This document shows positions 39,159 to 48,279 of a stretch of DNA of 64,000 nt, piece by piece. The DNA lies in the IMG/VR virus record IMGVR_UViG_3300032163_000009, positions 13,736 through 77,735 of that record. One strand, 5' to 3'. Each line of letters opens with the position of its first letter. Position 1 is the stretch's first letter. The notes beneath the pieces were generated by a model. The model saw nothing but the letters and a program-made list of their open reading frames with translations, had not been told where the DNA came from and searched no databases. Source of the DNA: a virus. The translations under genes were made by a program, and so were the position numbers.

Positions 39159-39458
39159 ATGATTAAAACAATTCAATATACACTCAGGTTCACTGAGGGC
39201 ATTGCTTCATCGATGAAGCACCATATAACAATAACGTGTGGGAGTGTAACTGGAAAGGCGACTGTCGAAATTACAGAAACAGATGACGGCCGGCTTGGTG
39301 ATGGCTCTAAGGAAAATCCGTTCATTGGGCGACTGTTAGAAATGGCGGACGACCATGAAGTGAATCTAAGCGGGCCGTATGACGCACGCGGGAATTTCAG
39401 AAACTTGAGCGGCGCACATGAATATGGTTCACCGCGCAATCTGGACATCGAGAAGTAA
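39159..39458 (+). CDS. Hypothetical protein flanked by 26-bp direct repeats
   Basis: ATCGGAGG RBS; repeats at 39136-39161 and 39458-39483. Confidence 0.7.
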   Translation: MIKTIQYTLRFTEGIASSMKHHITITCGSVTGKATVEITETDDGRLGDGSKENPFIGRLLEMADDHEVNLSGPYDARGNFRNLSGAHEYGSPRNLDIEK

Positions 39459-39480
39459 AATTTCAATCGGAGGCAACGAC

Positions 39481-39750
39481 ATGCTCGCTTTACATCGCAC
39501 GGCCAAGACGCAGCGTCAAACCAACAGCACATTGACGGACTGCGTCGTTAAGACTTTCCTGATCGAGATCGAAGACGCGCTGCGCACTTACTGTCAACAG
39601 CACGGCTTCACGATCGACCGGCGCCGGATCGTGTTCATCAAAGAGGCGCGCAACATCGGCGCGCTGACCGTCAACATCGCGCTGGTCAAGCGCGGAGGTC
39701 GGCACTTCACGCTATACGAACAAAACGCGCAATGGTGCAAAGTCAACTGA
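39481..39750 (+). CDS. Hypothetical protein
   Basis: ATCGGAGG RBS. Confidence 0.7.
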   Translation: MLALHRTAKTQRQTNSTLTDCVVKTFLIEIEDALRTYCQQHGFTIDRRRIVFIKEARNIGALTVNIALVKRGGRHFTLYEQNAQWCKVN

Positions 39751-39779
39751 ACGACATTCAAATGATCGGAGGATCAAAA

Positions 39780-40022
39780 ATGACTGAGCAAGAAGCAAAT
39801 CAATTGAAAGCCGTGTTAGGCGGTGAGGTATTGCAAACGGGCGGCGGTGTGTATGTGCTGATCCTAAAAGAAGTCAACCGGCCATACTGCGACGACGCTC
39901 GCGTGTTGGTGTTTAGCGGTGAAGTGATTGCGGAATACTTTAGCCGCGAGTTCTTTGACGATGGTATGCAACCAGCCGCAGAGTATGACTTAGACACGGT
40001 GGTTAATTATGACCAAAGTTAA
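39780..40022 (+). CDS. Hypothetical protein
   Basis: ATCGGAGG RBS. Confidence 0.7.
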   Translation: MTEQEANQLKAVLGGEVLQTGGGVYVLILKEVNRPYCDDARVLVFSGEVIAEYFSREFFDDGMQPAAEYDLDTVVNYDQS

Positions 40023-40539
40023 TTACGATCGCACGGACGTTCGCGCGACGGTCGAAGCAGCGCATCGCGTGATCGGCAGCATCGAAACTTCCAAAGTGAA
40101 GTTCGTGTATGCGACGGCCAACGGCTTTGTGGTGTCCGGCGTGAAGCCGCCGATCGCTCAAGACTACTACCGAGTGACGTTCGACCAGCACGAATTGATC
40201 ACGGCCAACCCGCAAGAGTATTATGCGTTTGGCTTCGTGATCGCCACGGCCAACAACGGCGCGAAAGACACCTGTACCTACATGGGCAATGAAGACACAC
40301 TCGACAAAGCGATCGAACGGGTGACCGGCGCAGTCATTAGATACATGCGCGAGGGCGTGATTGTTTATCGCGCCGAAGTCAATCGCATGTGCAAGCGCTG
40401 TAATTTCACCGGCACGATCGGCAAGATCGGCCACGCGCAGACTTGCCCTAGTTGTCGGGGTGCGCCGTTGATGAAGGTTGAGCGCGTCTTGATCGACTTG
40501 CCTTTTACAGCGGGCAAGGTGTGGAATGTAAAGGATTAA
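40009..40539 (+). CDS. Hypothetical protein with DnaJ-like Zn finger
   Basis: CKRCNFTG...CPSCRG. Confidence 0.7.
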   Translation: MTKVNYDRTDVRATVEAAHRVIGSIETSKVKFVYATANGFVVSGVKPPIAQDYYRVTFDQHELITANPQEYYAFGFVIATANNGAKDTCTYMGNEDTLDKAIERVTGAVIRYMREGVIVYRAEVNRMCKRCNFTGTIGKIGHAQTCPSCRGAPLMKVERVLIDLPFTAGKVWNVKD

Positions 40540-40562
40540 ATCTGATTCGGAGAAATCGAAAA

Positions 40563-40832
40563 ATGAAACACTCTAAACGTCCAGCACTATTGGCCGCCGC
40601 TGAATATCTTGGCACTTACTGCCTGATGCAAATGCAGGTTGAACGCTTGATCGAATTGGTGCGCGAGCATCGGCACACCGACATCACGGCCATCCGTGAT
40701 CAAAGCCAACCGCGCTGCTTCAAGGTGTCCGTCGCACACAACAATGATTGGGATCGCAATGACTATTTGAATCTGGCCGCATTTGTAGCAAGGGCGGTTA
40801 CGGTCTTGCCAGAGGCACAGCATGTCGCCTAA
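40563..40832 (+). CDS. Hypothetical protein
   Basis: TTCGGAG RBS. Confidence 0.65.
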   Translation: MKHSKRPALLAAAEYLGTYCLMQMQVERLIELVREHRHTDITAIRDQSQPRCFKVSVAHNNDWDRNDYLNLAAFVARAVTVLPEAQHVA

Positions 40833-41163
40833 AGTCAGAATCGTTCACGTCAAGCGCGGCATGACCGCCGCGAATGTGATCAAGCACCTGCGCGTGATAC
40901 TCGAAGCGCAGCGCCAGTCGTTGATCGACAACACTGCGCAGGAATGGGTGGAGTATTATCACAACCAAGTCCAGCAAATGATCGCCGCGATCGGCGCACT
41001 GGATGGCGGCGCTGATATTGTGACGGTGTTGGCGCAGGTGAAGAAATTTATCAACGGCAACTACTTGAGTTCGATCGCGCGGCTGTATGAAGCCAATCGC
41101 TACGGCTTTAAGCCCGACGACAACTGGCAAGTCATTGACGGCGATCTCGTAAGGCAAACCTAA
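40822..41163 (+). CDS. Hypothetical protein
   Basis: Overlapping operon. Confidence 0.7.
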   Translation: MSPKVRIVHVKRGMTAANVIKHLRVILEAQRQSLIDNTAQEWVEYYHNQVQQMIAAIGALDGGADIVTVLAQVKKFINGNYLSSIARLYEANRYGFKPDDNWQVIDGDLVRQT

Positions 41164-41567
41164 TGCCCAATCAAGAACTGTTTCAATGGCTAAGCCAATT
41201 TCGCAACACCAGCAACGGCGACACGTTTAGAATCGGTCAAGCCGACTTGATGATTCACTCGCAACGCCACACCACTGATCGCGTGAACTTGGATGAGATC
41301 GTGACACGCGATCGAGGCCGCGGCTACGGCGGCACAGCACTGAAAGAATTTTGCACTGCGCTCGATCGTTGCAAAGTGACTTGCGTGCTGGTGTGTGAAC
41401 CGTTTTCAGTAACGTATCACACGCTTGACGGCGAGGAAGAAATCATCGCGCCGTCGCAGTCGTGGCGACAACTGCAAGCGTGGTATCGAAAGTTTGGCTT
41501 CAAGGGCAGCGGCAAGGTCATGATTCGCAGGCCGCAAAGCCAGTTCGCCGAAGGAGATAAAAGATGA
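41163..41567 (+). CDS. GNAT-family acetyltransferase
   Basis: RGRGYGG motif A; LQAWYRKFGF. Confidence 0.75.
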   Translation: MPNQELFQWLSQFRNTSNGDTFRIGQADLMIHSQRHTTDRVNLDEIVTRDRGRGYGGTALKEFCTALDRCKVTCVLVCEPFSVTYHTLDGEEEIIAPSQSWRQLQAWYRKFGFKGSGKVMIRRPQSQFAEGDKR

Positions 41568-42001
41568 CGGATGTCGAACAGGACTTGATGGACTATTTAC
41601 GCAGTGTAAGCGAGATGACTCAAGGCCGATCGCTTGAAGGCGTGGTGTTGAAGCACGTCCGAATCTGCCTTGCACAGAAGTTACCGTCCGGCTGCAAGCG
41701 CGGGCCTAAAGGCATGTGCTTCATGAACGCCTACCATCTAGTTTGCTCCAAGCCGGAGTTGTCGTATGTGGAAGGCTTCGCTATGACGGAGGTTGTGCCA
41801 ATCGCTATTCGGCACGCTTGGGCGGTTGATAAACAAAATCAAGTCTACGACAACACTTGGAAGACAGTCGGGGTGGCTTACTTCGGCATTGTAATGAAGT
41901 TGAATCAAGTCAACAAGATAATTTTTGAGACAAAGCGCTACGGCGTGCTGGATTTTTCCAGCGCAGCGTTCCGAAAGATGGTGGAGGTGAAGGATGCCTA
42001 A
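41564..42001 (+). CDS. Cys-His-Asp (transglutaminase/papain-like) protein
   Basis: CFMNAY, YVEGFA, HAWAVD, YDNTW. Confidence 0.6.
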   Translation: MTDVEQDLMDYLRSVSEMTQGRSLEGVVLKHVRICLAQKLPSGCKRGPKGMCFMNAYHLVCSKPELSYVEGFAMTEVVPIAIRHAWAVDKQNQVYDNTWKTVGVAYFGIVMKLNQVNKIIFETKRYGVLDFSSAAFRKMVEVKDA

Positions 42002-42200
42002 GACGCTTGTTTCATCCCCGCAAGTGGTGCGCTATCAGAAAGAATTTGTCAATCGCACCTGGCGCGTTGTGCCGCACATTTTCGACAACGGCGAAAAGGC
42101 TGACGAATGGGCGGCGAGTCACCGCTGGCTGCACTGGGTTGTCCCCGCTGATTTTGGCGGCCACAAAGTTCTCGACGCGATCGATCATCGCGGCGAATAG
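41994..42200 (+). CDS. Small hypothetical protein
   Basis: GGAGG RBS. Confidence 0.6.
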   Translation: MPKTLVSSPQVVRYQKEFVNRTWRVVPHIFDNGEKADEWAASHRWLHWVVPADFGGHKVLDAIDHRGE

Positions 42201-42209
42201 GAGCCTGAC

Positions 42210-42623
42210 ATGAAAAACAAATCAACGCGATCGAGTCCAACGATCGGCGCTTCGACACTGCCGATTAAATATGCCGTGAAAGACGCCGGGCGCGTGCTGC
42301 CCTCGACGGTGGCGGCGAAAGTGCAATTGCTGGCTGAGGCGTTCAATCAATCAGCGCGTGAACGCAATGCCAACACGACCGGCTCGATCGTTCCATTGAT
42401 TGTCAAGTTTCGGTTGCATACAGTGATGGCGCCGATTGTTGGCTACGCAGATGTGCCACTTGACGCCATGCTGTTTCAAGACAATCGAGAAATTAAGCCG
42501 ATGACCAAAAATCTCGACAGTCGGCGCGGCGACACTTATGCCGTGCGGCTGATGGCGCATGAAGGCAATCACTTTTTGGAAGTGTATCACTACACATGGC
42601 AAGCGGAGGTTGAACATGCCTGA
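42210..42623 (+). CDS. Hypothetical protein
   Basis: AGGAG RBS. Confidence 0.7.
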   Translation: MKNKSTRSSPTIGASTLPIKYAVKDAGRVLPSTVAAKVQLLAEAFNQSARERNANTTGSIVPLIVKFRLHTVMAPIVGYADVPLDAMLFQDNREIKPMTKNLDSRRGDTYAVRLMAHEGNHFLEVYHYTWQAEVEHA

Positions 42624-42885
42624 TCAATTGCGCAAAATAAAAACGATCATCGGCTATACCGCCGACGCCCGCTTTTACGCAGAAGCGAGCGACGAGATTG
42701 TCGGCTTCGTCAAACGGCGTTCTGAAATTCCTTCACCGTACCGTTACTCACCAACGCATGAAGTGCTGCTATTCAAGGGCTTGAAAGTCATTCACGTTGA
42801 AACGGCACATCGCCGCTATGAAATTTTCGACGTGAGCGATCTGCAAATCTTCGCAACCGAAGACGAAGCGATGAATAGCGCTTGA
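42616..42885 (+). CDS. Hypothetical protein
   Basis: GGAGG RBS, ATG 42616. Confidence 0.7.
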   Translation: MPDQLRKIKTIIGYTADARFYAEASDEIVGFVKRRSEIPSPYRYSPTHEVLLFKGLKVIHVETAHRRYEIFDVSDLQIFATEDEAMNSA

Positions 42886-42889
42886 TTGA

Positions 42890-42918
42890 TTGTCAAGAAT
42901 TGTATAACCATTTATAAT
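42890..42918 (+). promoter_or_regulatory. Promoter TTGTCA-N17-TATAAT
   Basis: Motif in AT-rich gap. Confidence 0.75.
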
Positions 42919-42939
42919 AATCCTCGGAGGCATTCCAAT

Positions 42940-43401
42940 ATGGACGAAAAATTGTTAGGCACGAATGTAAGCGATCGGCGGATCGGATTTTGTTTGGTCT
43001 GCGGCGAGGTCGGCGCAGTGGCGATCGAGATTGGCGGCACACTGATCATCTCGACCAATTATCAAAACATCACCGGCGCAGAACATCCTAACGCGCTGCG
43101 CTCGATCGATGTTGATCACGGCAACGGCCAAGCGCATTGTCGGGCCGAAGACTTGGGCTTGCTGGAAATTCACCAGACGGCACAGCTCTCCGGTAGCCAC
43201 GATCAAACGATCTACAAGGCGATTCAACGCAAGCGACTGAGCGCGACAACTTTGCCGTTCACCGGCAACCGGCAATTTATTGATCCGATCGACTTGCCGC
43301 ACTACTGGCTGACCGCGAAAGCGGGCCGCCCGAAAGGGCCACGCAGCAAGCCGTATCAATACAAAAAGAAAGAACCGGAGGCTGCTATCGCCAATAAATA
43401 A
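42940..43401 (+). CDS. Zn-site plus excisionase/MerR-like HTH protein
   Basis: CLVC..; LEIHQTAQLSG..TIYKAIQRKRLSA; GRP AT-hook-like tail. Confidence 0.65.
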   Translation: MDEKLLGTNVSDRRIGFCLVCGEVGAVAIEIGGTLIISTNYQNITGAEHPNALRSIDVDHGNGQAHCRAEDLGLLEIHQTAQLSGSHDQTIYKAIQRKRLSATTLPFTGNRQFIDPIDLPHYWLTAKAGRPKGPRSKPYQYKKKEPEAAIANK

Positions 43402-43453
43402 TATCGACGCGTTCAAAAAAAGAGTTCTACTATCTGATTCGGAGGAATCGAAA

Positions 43454-44980
43454 ATGTTATCAACAAAATCTGCTCGGCAGGCAGGCGTCCCCCTCATTGT
43501 CGTTGAAACCAACGACAGCGCCCAATCGGTTAAAACATTTCGCGCGGAGTTAAATGGTCGGGCTGACACCAGTCCGATGATTTCGCACGATCTAGGCAGC
43601 GGCGTGCAAGCCTACAACGACGTTGGCGGAGAATTGCTGCAAACCTTGTGCGGCGACGAAGATCGCACCGGCATGAATCCAGCCACGTTCTTAATCAATG
43701 TAGCGAAGCTGCGCAGCCTGGAAGTTGAGCAACCGGTCTATGTGTTGCTGTTCAATCCGCAGTTGTATTGGAACTTGGAGTCCGGCATCACCATTCAGCA
43801 AGCGGTCTGGAATCTGCGCGACGTACTCAAGCCCTCGAAATCTCAACTGCTCATGTTCGTGCCGACTGGCACGCAATTGCCCGACGTGTTGAAGTCGGAC
43901 GTGCTGGTGTTGAAAGACACGCTGCCCACGCCTGCGGAGTTGACCGAGATCATCGAACGCACGCTGAACAGCGCAGTCAAAGCCGGATTGGATGCCAAGA
44001 AAATCCCTGATCGCGTGACCATTCTCAAGACACTGACGGGCTTGCCTGCGTTTCCAGCGGAGCAGGTGTTAGCGATGTCCATTAGTCGTGAGGGCGTTGA
44101 CACGAAAAATTTGTGGGAGCGCAAGCGCCAAGCGATCGAACAAACGCCCGGCCTCAGCGTGTGGCGCGGCGGCGAATCGTTTAACGACATTGGCGGCTAC
44201 GAGAACGTCAAAGAGTTCATGCGGCGCATTATCGGCGGCCGTGACGCGCCGAACGCGATCGTTTATCAAGACGAGATGGAAAAGTTTTTCGGCGCGAACG
44301 TGACCGGCGACAATACCGGTGTCACGCAAGATCAGTTAGGCGTGCAATTGGCTTACATGCAAGACACCAACGCGCTCGGCTGCATGTTCCTCGGTGTGCG
44401 CGGCAGTGGCAAGAGCGCGATTGCCAAAGCGATCGGCAACGAAGCTGGCATCCCCACGATCGCGCTAGACTTGGGCGGCATGAAGGCGGGCATCGTGGGA
44501 TCTTCGGAAGCGCGGCTGCGCAGCGCATTCGATGTCGTTAGTTCAATCTCGCAGGGCCGTGTGTTGTTCATTGCCACCTGCAACTCGGTCGCCACGCTGC
44601 CACCGGAATTGCGACGGCGTTACAACTACGGCACTTTCTTCTTCGACATCCCCGACAGCGCCTCGCGCAAAAAGATTTGGGACATTTACAAAAAGAAGTA
44701 TCCTGAACTGGCGAAAGAAAAAACGCCATCGGACGAAGGCTGGACGGGCAGCGAGATTCGAAACTGCGTGATGATTGCGTGGAACTTGAAGATCACGCTG
44801 CTGGACGCGGCCAAGTACATTGTGCCGGTGACCGTTAGCGACGCAGTGGCGACCACGCGCCTGTTAGAGAGCGCCAACAATCGGTATTTGGATGCGTCGA
44901 GCGCGGGACTATTCCAATACAAGTCGAAGTCAAAGAGCAGCGCAGCCAATTCGGGCGAGCGCAAAATGGAGTTGGATTAA
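43454..44980 (+). CDS. Ycf46-like AAA+ ATPase with swapped Walker A/B segments
   Basis: DIGG, DEMEK, GVRGSGKS, VGSSE, ATCN, LPPELRRR, GWTGSEI. Confidence 0.88.
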   Translation: MLSTKSARQAGVPLIVVETNDSAQSVKTFRAELNGRADTSPMISHDLGSGVQAYNDVGGELLQTLCGDEDRTGMNPATFLINVAKLRSLEVEQPVYVLLFNPQLYWNLESGITIQQAVWNLRDVLKPSKSQLLMFVPTGTQLPDVLKSDVLVLKDTLPTPAELTEIIERTLNSAVKAGLDAKKIPDRVTILKTLTGLPAFPAEQVLAMSISREGVDTKNLWERKRQAIEQTPGLSVWRGGESFNDIGGYENVKEFMRRIIGGRDAPNAIVYQDEMEKFFGANVTGDNTGVTQDQLGVQLAYMQDTNALGCMFLGVRGSGKSAIAKAIGNEAGIPTIALDLGGMKAGIVGSSEARLRSAFDVVSSISQGRVLFIATCNSVATLPPELRRRYNYGTFFFDIPDSASRKKIWDIYKKKYPELAKEKTPSDEGWTGSEIRNCVMIAWNLKITLLDAAKYIVPVTVSDAVATTRLLESANNRYLDASSAGLFQYKSKSKSSAANSGERKMELD

Positions 44981-44981
44981 C

Positions 44982-45254
44982 ATGCCTTGCGATACAGTTC
45001 AAATCACGGGAATTCAATTAGGCAAAGTCGATGCCGCGCTGCTGGAAGCAGCGATGGCGAGTTTGGACTATCAACGCTATCAATGGAAGTTGATCGGCGA
45101 AGAAGTGCAAGTGCGCGGCCAGCGGCTGACCGATGAAGATATTTCAGCGGTCAAGGTGGCGTATTCGCAGCAGGTGGTGAAGCAGACGGCTAATAAGTTT
45201 GGCTGGCAGTTGAAGCAGATTAGCCCGACGCAGTTTGTGGCGGTGAAGCGATGA
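44982..45254 (+). CDS. DUF1257/Ycf35-like small protein
   Basis: LLEAAMASL..AYSQQVVKQTANKFGW; follows Ycf46-like ATPase. Confidence 0.55.
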   Translation: MPCDTVQITGIQLGKVDAALLEAAMASLDYQRYQWKLIGEEVQVRGQRLTDEDISAVKVAYSQQVVKQTANKFGWQLKQISPTQFVAVKR

Positions 45255-45463
45255 ACGGCGACGAAATCAAGATTGAGATTCTCGCAGACGGCACGATCAA
45301 GATCGAAACCGATCGCATCGGCCCCGCCAATCACTTGAGCGCCGAACGCTTCATCAAAGAAGCGCAGCGCTTGGCAGGCGGTGCGACTAAAATCACCCGC
45401 AAGGTTGGCAAATTCTTGCGCGGTCAACACGATCATTCACATACTCAAACCGGAGGGCATTGA
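45251..45463 (+). CDS. DUF2997-like small protein
   Basis: IKIEILADGTIKIET. Confidence 0.55.
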   Translation: MNGDEIKIEILADGTIKIETDRIGPANHLSAERFIKEAQRLAGGATKITRKVGKFLRGQHDHSHTQTGGH

Positions 45464-45467
45464 GAGC

Positions 45468-46493
45468 ATGGCAAACAAAACAGCAACACCTAAGAAATTG
45501 AGTCGGCAGGTTATCCGCAGCGTGGAGCAGGCTTTTGGCGAAGCCGACAAACCAAGCGGCAGTCAAACGATCGGTCTCGACGTGTTAGCGAACGCGGCGT
45601 TATTCACGTTCACTTTTCACCGCTGGGGCAATCGGCGCAAAGCCGACACCACGCCCGAAGGCGCGATCGATGACGAAGACAAGGCGAAGAAGCGCGTGCG
45701 ATCGACGCTGCGCTTAATTGAGAGCGAAGCGTACGATACCATCAATAGTTATATCAACGAAGCGCGGCAGTGGCTATTGGGGCGGTGTATGCCGTCCTAC
45801 ATGGTCAAGGGCGTGTTTTTCGTTAAGTTGGATCAAGTCGAAACGTTTGAGGCGAAGATCGCGGAAGTGAAAGAATGGATGTCCAAGACCGGCTTGCCGG
45901 ATTTGCTGAGCGACTATGAGCGCGCCATTGATCAAGCGGAAGTAGACTTGCGGGCGGTGTCTCGCACACTGCGCAGCGCGGAGTTATTCAATCGCGCCGA
46001 TTATCCCAAGCCAAACGACTTGCGGTCGCGCTATTATGTGACGCACAACTGGATGAGCTTCGGCGTGCCGCAGAACTTGCCGCTGAAGATACGCGAGCAG
46101 GAAGAGACGAAGATCAAAGCCAAGTTCGAAGACGCAGCCGCCGAAATTACCGAAGCGCTGCGGGCGGCTTTCAACGAACTGCTCACCACGGCGACGGCGC
46201 GACTGACCGCCAACCCCAACGGCAAGAAGATGATCATTCGATCGGCGCTGGTCGACAACTTCAACGAGTTCATCGAGACGTTCAACGCGCGGAACTTGAC
46301 CGACGATCGACAGTTGGAACAACTGGTTGAGCAAGCGCGAGCATTGATGAAGGGGGTCAGCGCCGAAACACTGCGCACGCGCCCGACGGTGCGGCGCAGC
46401 GTGGCCGCGCAGTTGTTAAACTTGCAAGCGGCCGCAAAAGAACTGGTCATCGAGCGACCGGATCGAAAATTCGACTTTGATGATGAGGAATAA
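45468..46493 (+). CDS. DUF3150-like helical protein
   Basis: LFNRADYP, FNARNLTDDRQLEQLVEQAR. Confidence 0.55.
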   Translation: MANKTATPKKLSRQVIRSVEQAFGEADKPSGSQTIGLDVLANAALFTFTFHRWGNRRKADTTPEGAIDDEDKAKKRVRSTLRLIESEAYDTINSYINEARQWLLGRCMPSYMVKGVFFVKLDQVETFEAKIAEVKEWMSKTGLPDLLSDYERAIDQAEVDLRAVSRTLRSAELFNRADYPKPNDLRSRYYVTHNWMSFGVPQNLPLKIREQEETKIKAKFEDAAAEITEALRAAFNELLTTATARLTANPNGKKMIIRSALVDNFNEFIETFNARNLTDDRQLEQLVEQARALMKGVSAETLRTRPTVRRSVAAQLLNLQAAAKELVIERPDRKFDFDDEE

Positions 46494-46495
46494 AC

Positions 46496-46846
46496 ATGCC
46501 AACTGTCAGTGACGCCAAACAAGATGAAGTCTGGCAGCACTTGATGCAGTTGCCTGCGTCACACCGCCCTAACGGTGTGACGCAGGCCAGGCTGGAACGC
46601 ATCAAGGCGCAGGTCTACCAATACCCGTTCTTCTGGCAAGATGTCGTCGTGCGACATGGCTTGCTCGATCGAACGCCGGAGCAACTGAAAGCCGCTGATC
46701 TCGCGGCCTACGAACACATGCTCGGCAATGCGTGGGGCATGATAGCGACGCTGGTGCAGCAAATGCTGCTCGCGCCGGAGCAGCCCGAGGTGATTAAGGA
46801 GCAGCATGAGCAAAGAGATAGTGCGCAGTGTGCGGCTTTGGAATAA
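46496..46846 (+). CDS. Hypothetical protein
   Basis: GAGGA RBS. Confidence 0.65.
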   Translation: MPTVSDAKQDEVWQHLMQLPASHRPNGVTQARLERIKAQVYQYPFFWQDVVVRHGLLDRTPEQLKAADLAAYEHMLGNAWGMIATLVQQMLLAPEQPEVIKEQHEQRDSAQCAALE

Positions 46847-47357
46847 CACCGATCGGCACGACAAGGTGTACGAGATCGATCTGGTGCAGCCTGACGGATC
46901 GAAAAATCTGTATGAAGTGCAATTCCGTTACGGGCGGCGCGGCACCAATTTGCAAGTCGGTGTGAAGGTGCGCGACGTGTCGCTGCTGAAAGCCGAAGCC
47001 GTTTACGCTGACCTGTTAGCAACAAAGCGCGGGCGCGGATATGAAATCTTGGCTTACCAATCGGTATCCAGCCTCGGAGAAGCCCGCGCTGAGCGAGTTG
47101 AATGGACAGGCGAAACGCTGGCAGATAAATCCGAGAAAGCCGCACGCGAAATCTTGGCACAACGGCAGCGTGAGAGAATCACTGAAATAAACCGGCGCGG
47201 AATCAAGCGCTCATTAAGCGACGAAGACATTCTTCTGCGGCGCGTCACGCAAACAACGCAGGCCAAGCCAGCCGCCAAGCCACCCGCAGGCAAATCGAAC
47301 ACGACTAAACCGATCGGGCCGACCGAGCGGAAATTTACTTTTGACGACGAGGAGTAG
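46806..47357 (+). CDS. WGR-domain protein
   Basis: HDKVYEI..VQFRYGRRG..ATKRGRGY. Confidence 0.75.
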   Translation: MSKEIVRSVRLWNNTDRHDKVYEIDLVQPDGSKNLYEVQFRYGRRGTNLQVGVKVRDVSLLKAEAVYADLLATKRGRGYEILAYQSVSSLGEARAERVEWTGETLADKSEKAAREILAQRQRERITEINRRGIKRSLSDEDILLRRVTQTTQAKPAAKPPAGKSNTTKPIGPTERKFTFDDEE

Positions 47358-47360
47358 GAC

Positions 47361-47855
47361 ATGGATCAAGAACAATTGATAGAAGAAATTAGAGTGTTGG
47401 CACTGGCCCGCGAAGAACTCGCCAAAGCCAAAGATAAAGCCAAAGCGCAGCGCGAGGCGTTCGATCAATCGCTTGAGCGGCAGGCAATGCTTGCACAGCA
47501 AACCATACTGGAAGCCAGTGTGACAAACATCGAAGCCGAGTTGCGCAATGAAATGGCGCGGCACTATCAAGCCACCGGCTTCAAGTCGTTGGCGGATGGC
47601 GCGTTAGGGATTCGCGTGTCGAAGGCGTTTCACTATACGCCCGACGAAGCGACGGCGTGGGCCAAGTCAAACGCGCCGGTGCTGCTGGTGTTGGATCAAA
47701 AGGCGTTCGAGAAAATGATCGGCAGTCTGGAGCACAAGCCCGCTTTCGTGATCGAGACGCCGGACGTGAAGGCGACGATCGCTACCGATTTGAGCAAGTA
47801 TCTTAAACCCGAAGGAGGTGAGGCTGGCACGAACACGCAAGCAACGAGCGACTAA
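47361..47855 (+). CDS. Gp157/Mu Gam-like coiled-coil protein
   Basis: Coiled N-terminus; GIRVSK..WAKSN..LDQKAFEK. Confidence 0.5.
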   Translation: MDQEQLIEEIRVLALAREELAKAKDKAKAQREAFDQSLERQAMLAQQTILEASVTNIEAELRNEMARHYQATGFKSLADGALGIRVSKAFHYTPDEATAWAKSNAPVLLVLDQKAFEKMIGSLEHKPAFVIETPDVKATIATDLSKYLKPEGGEAGTNTQATSD

Positions 47856-47877
47856 TTGATACCGATCGGAGGATAGT

Positions 47878-48279
47878 ATGGCAAGAACTTATGTGCAAGA
47901 CAGAACCAAAAAGCGTCGCGTGAGTGTGTGGCAAGACGACGGTCGCACGGCCTCAGCGCATGCCGCCCAGTGGTGTGTGTGTGGTTACTGTTGGGGGCCG
48001 GTGGTGGAACGCTACGACGAGGAATTGAAGCGTTGGTATGCGTCCTGTTCGAATGAACTGCATCGCGGCTTTCACCACTTCGTCTTTGTCGAGCGCACGA
48101 AATCGGCGCACGCGCTGGAGGTGCTGGAAGTCAAGCACTTCTATTCGCGGACGCCGCTGGCCGCTGCGCTCGGCTTTGAACCACCGCTGACCGGCGACGC
48201 GCTTCAAGCCCGATTGAAGCAGAACAAACAAGTATTGGGCCAAAGTGATCTCAACCTAGGAGCAAATATAAATGAGTAA
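47878..48279 (+). CDS. Zn-finger hypothetical protein
   Basis: CGYCWG..C...H. Confidence 0.7.
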   Translation: MARTYVQDRTKKRRVSVWQDDGRTASAHAAQWCVCGYCWGPVVERYDEELKRWYASCSNELHRGFHHFVFVERTKSAHALEVLEVKHFYSRTPLAAALGFEPPLTGDALQARLKQNKQVLGQSDLNLGANINE

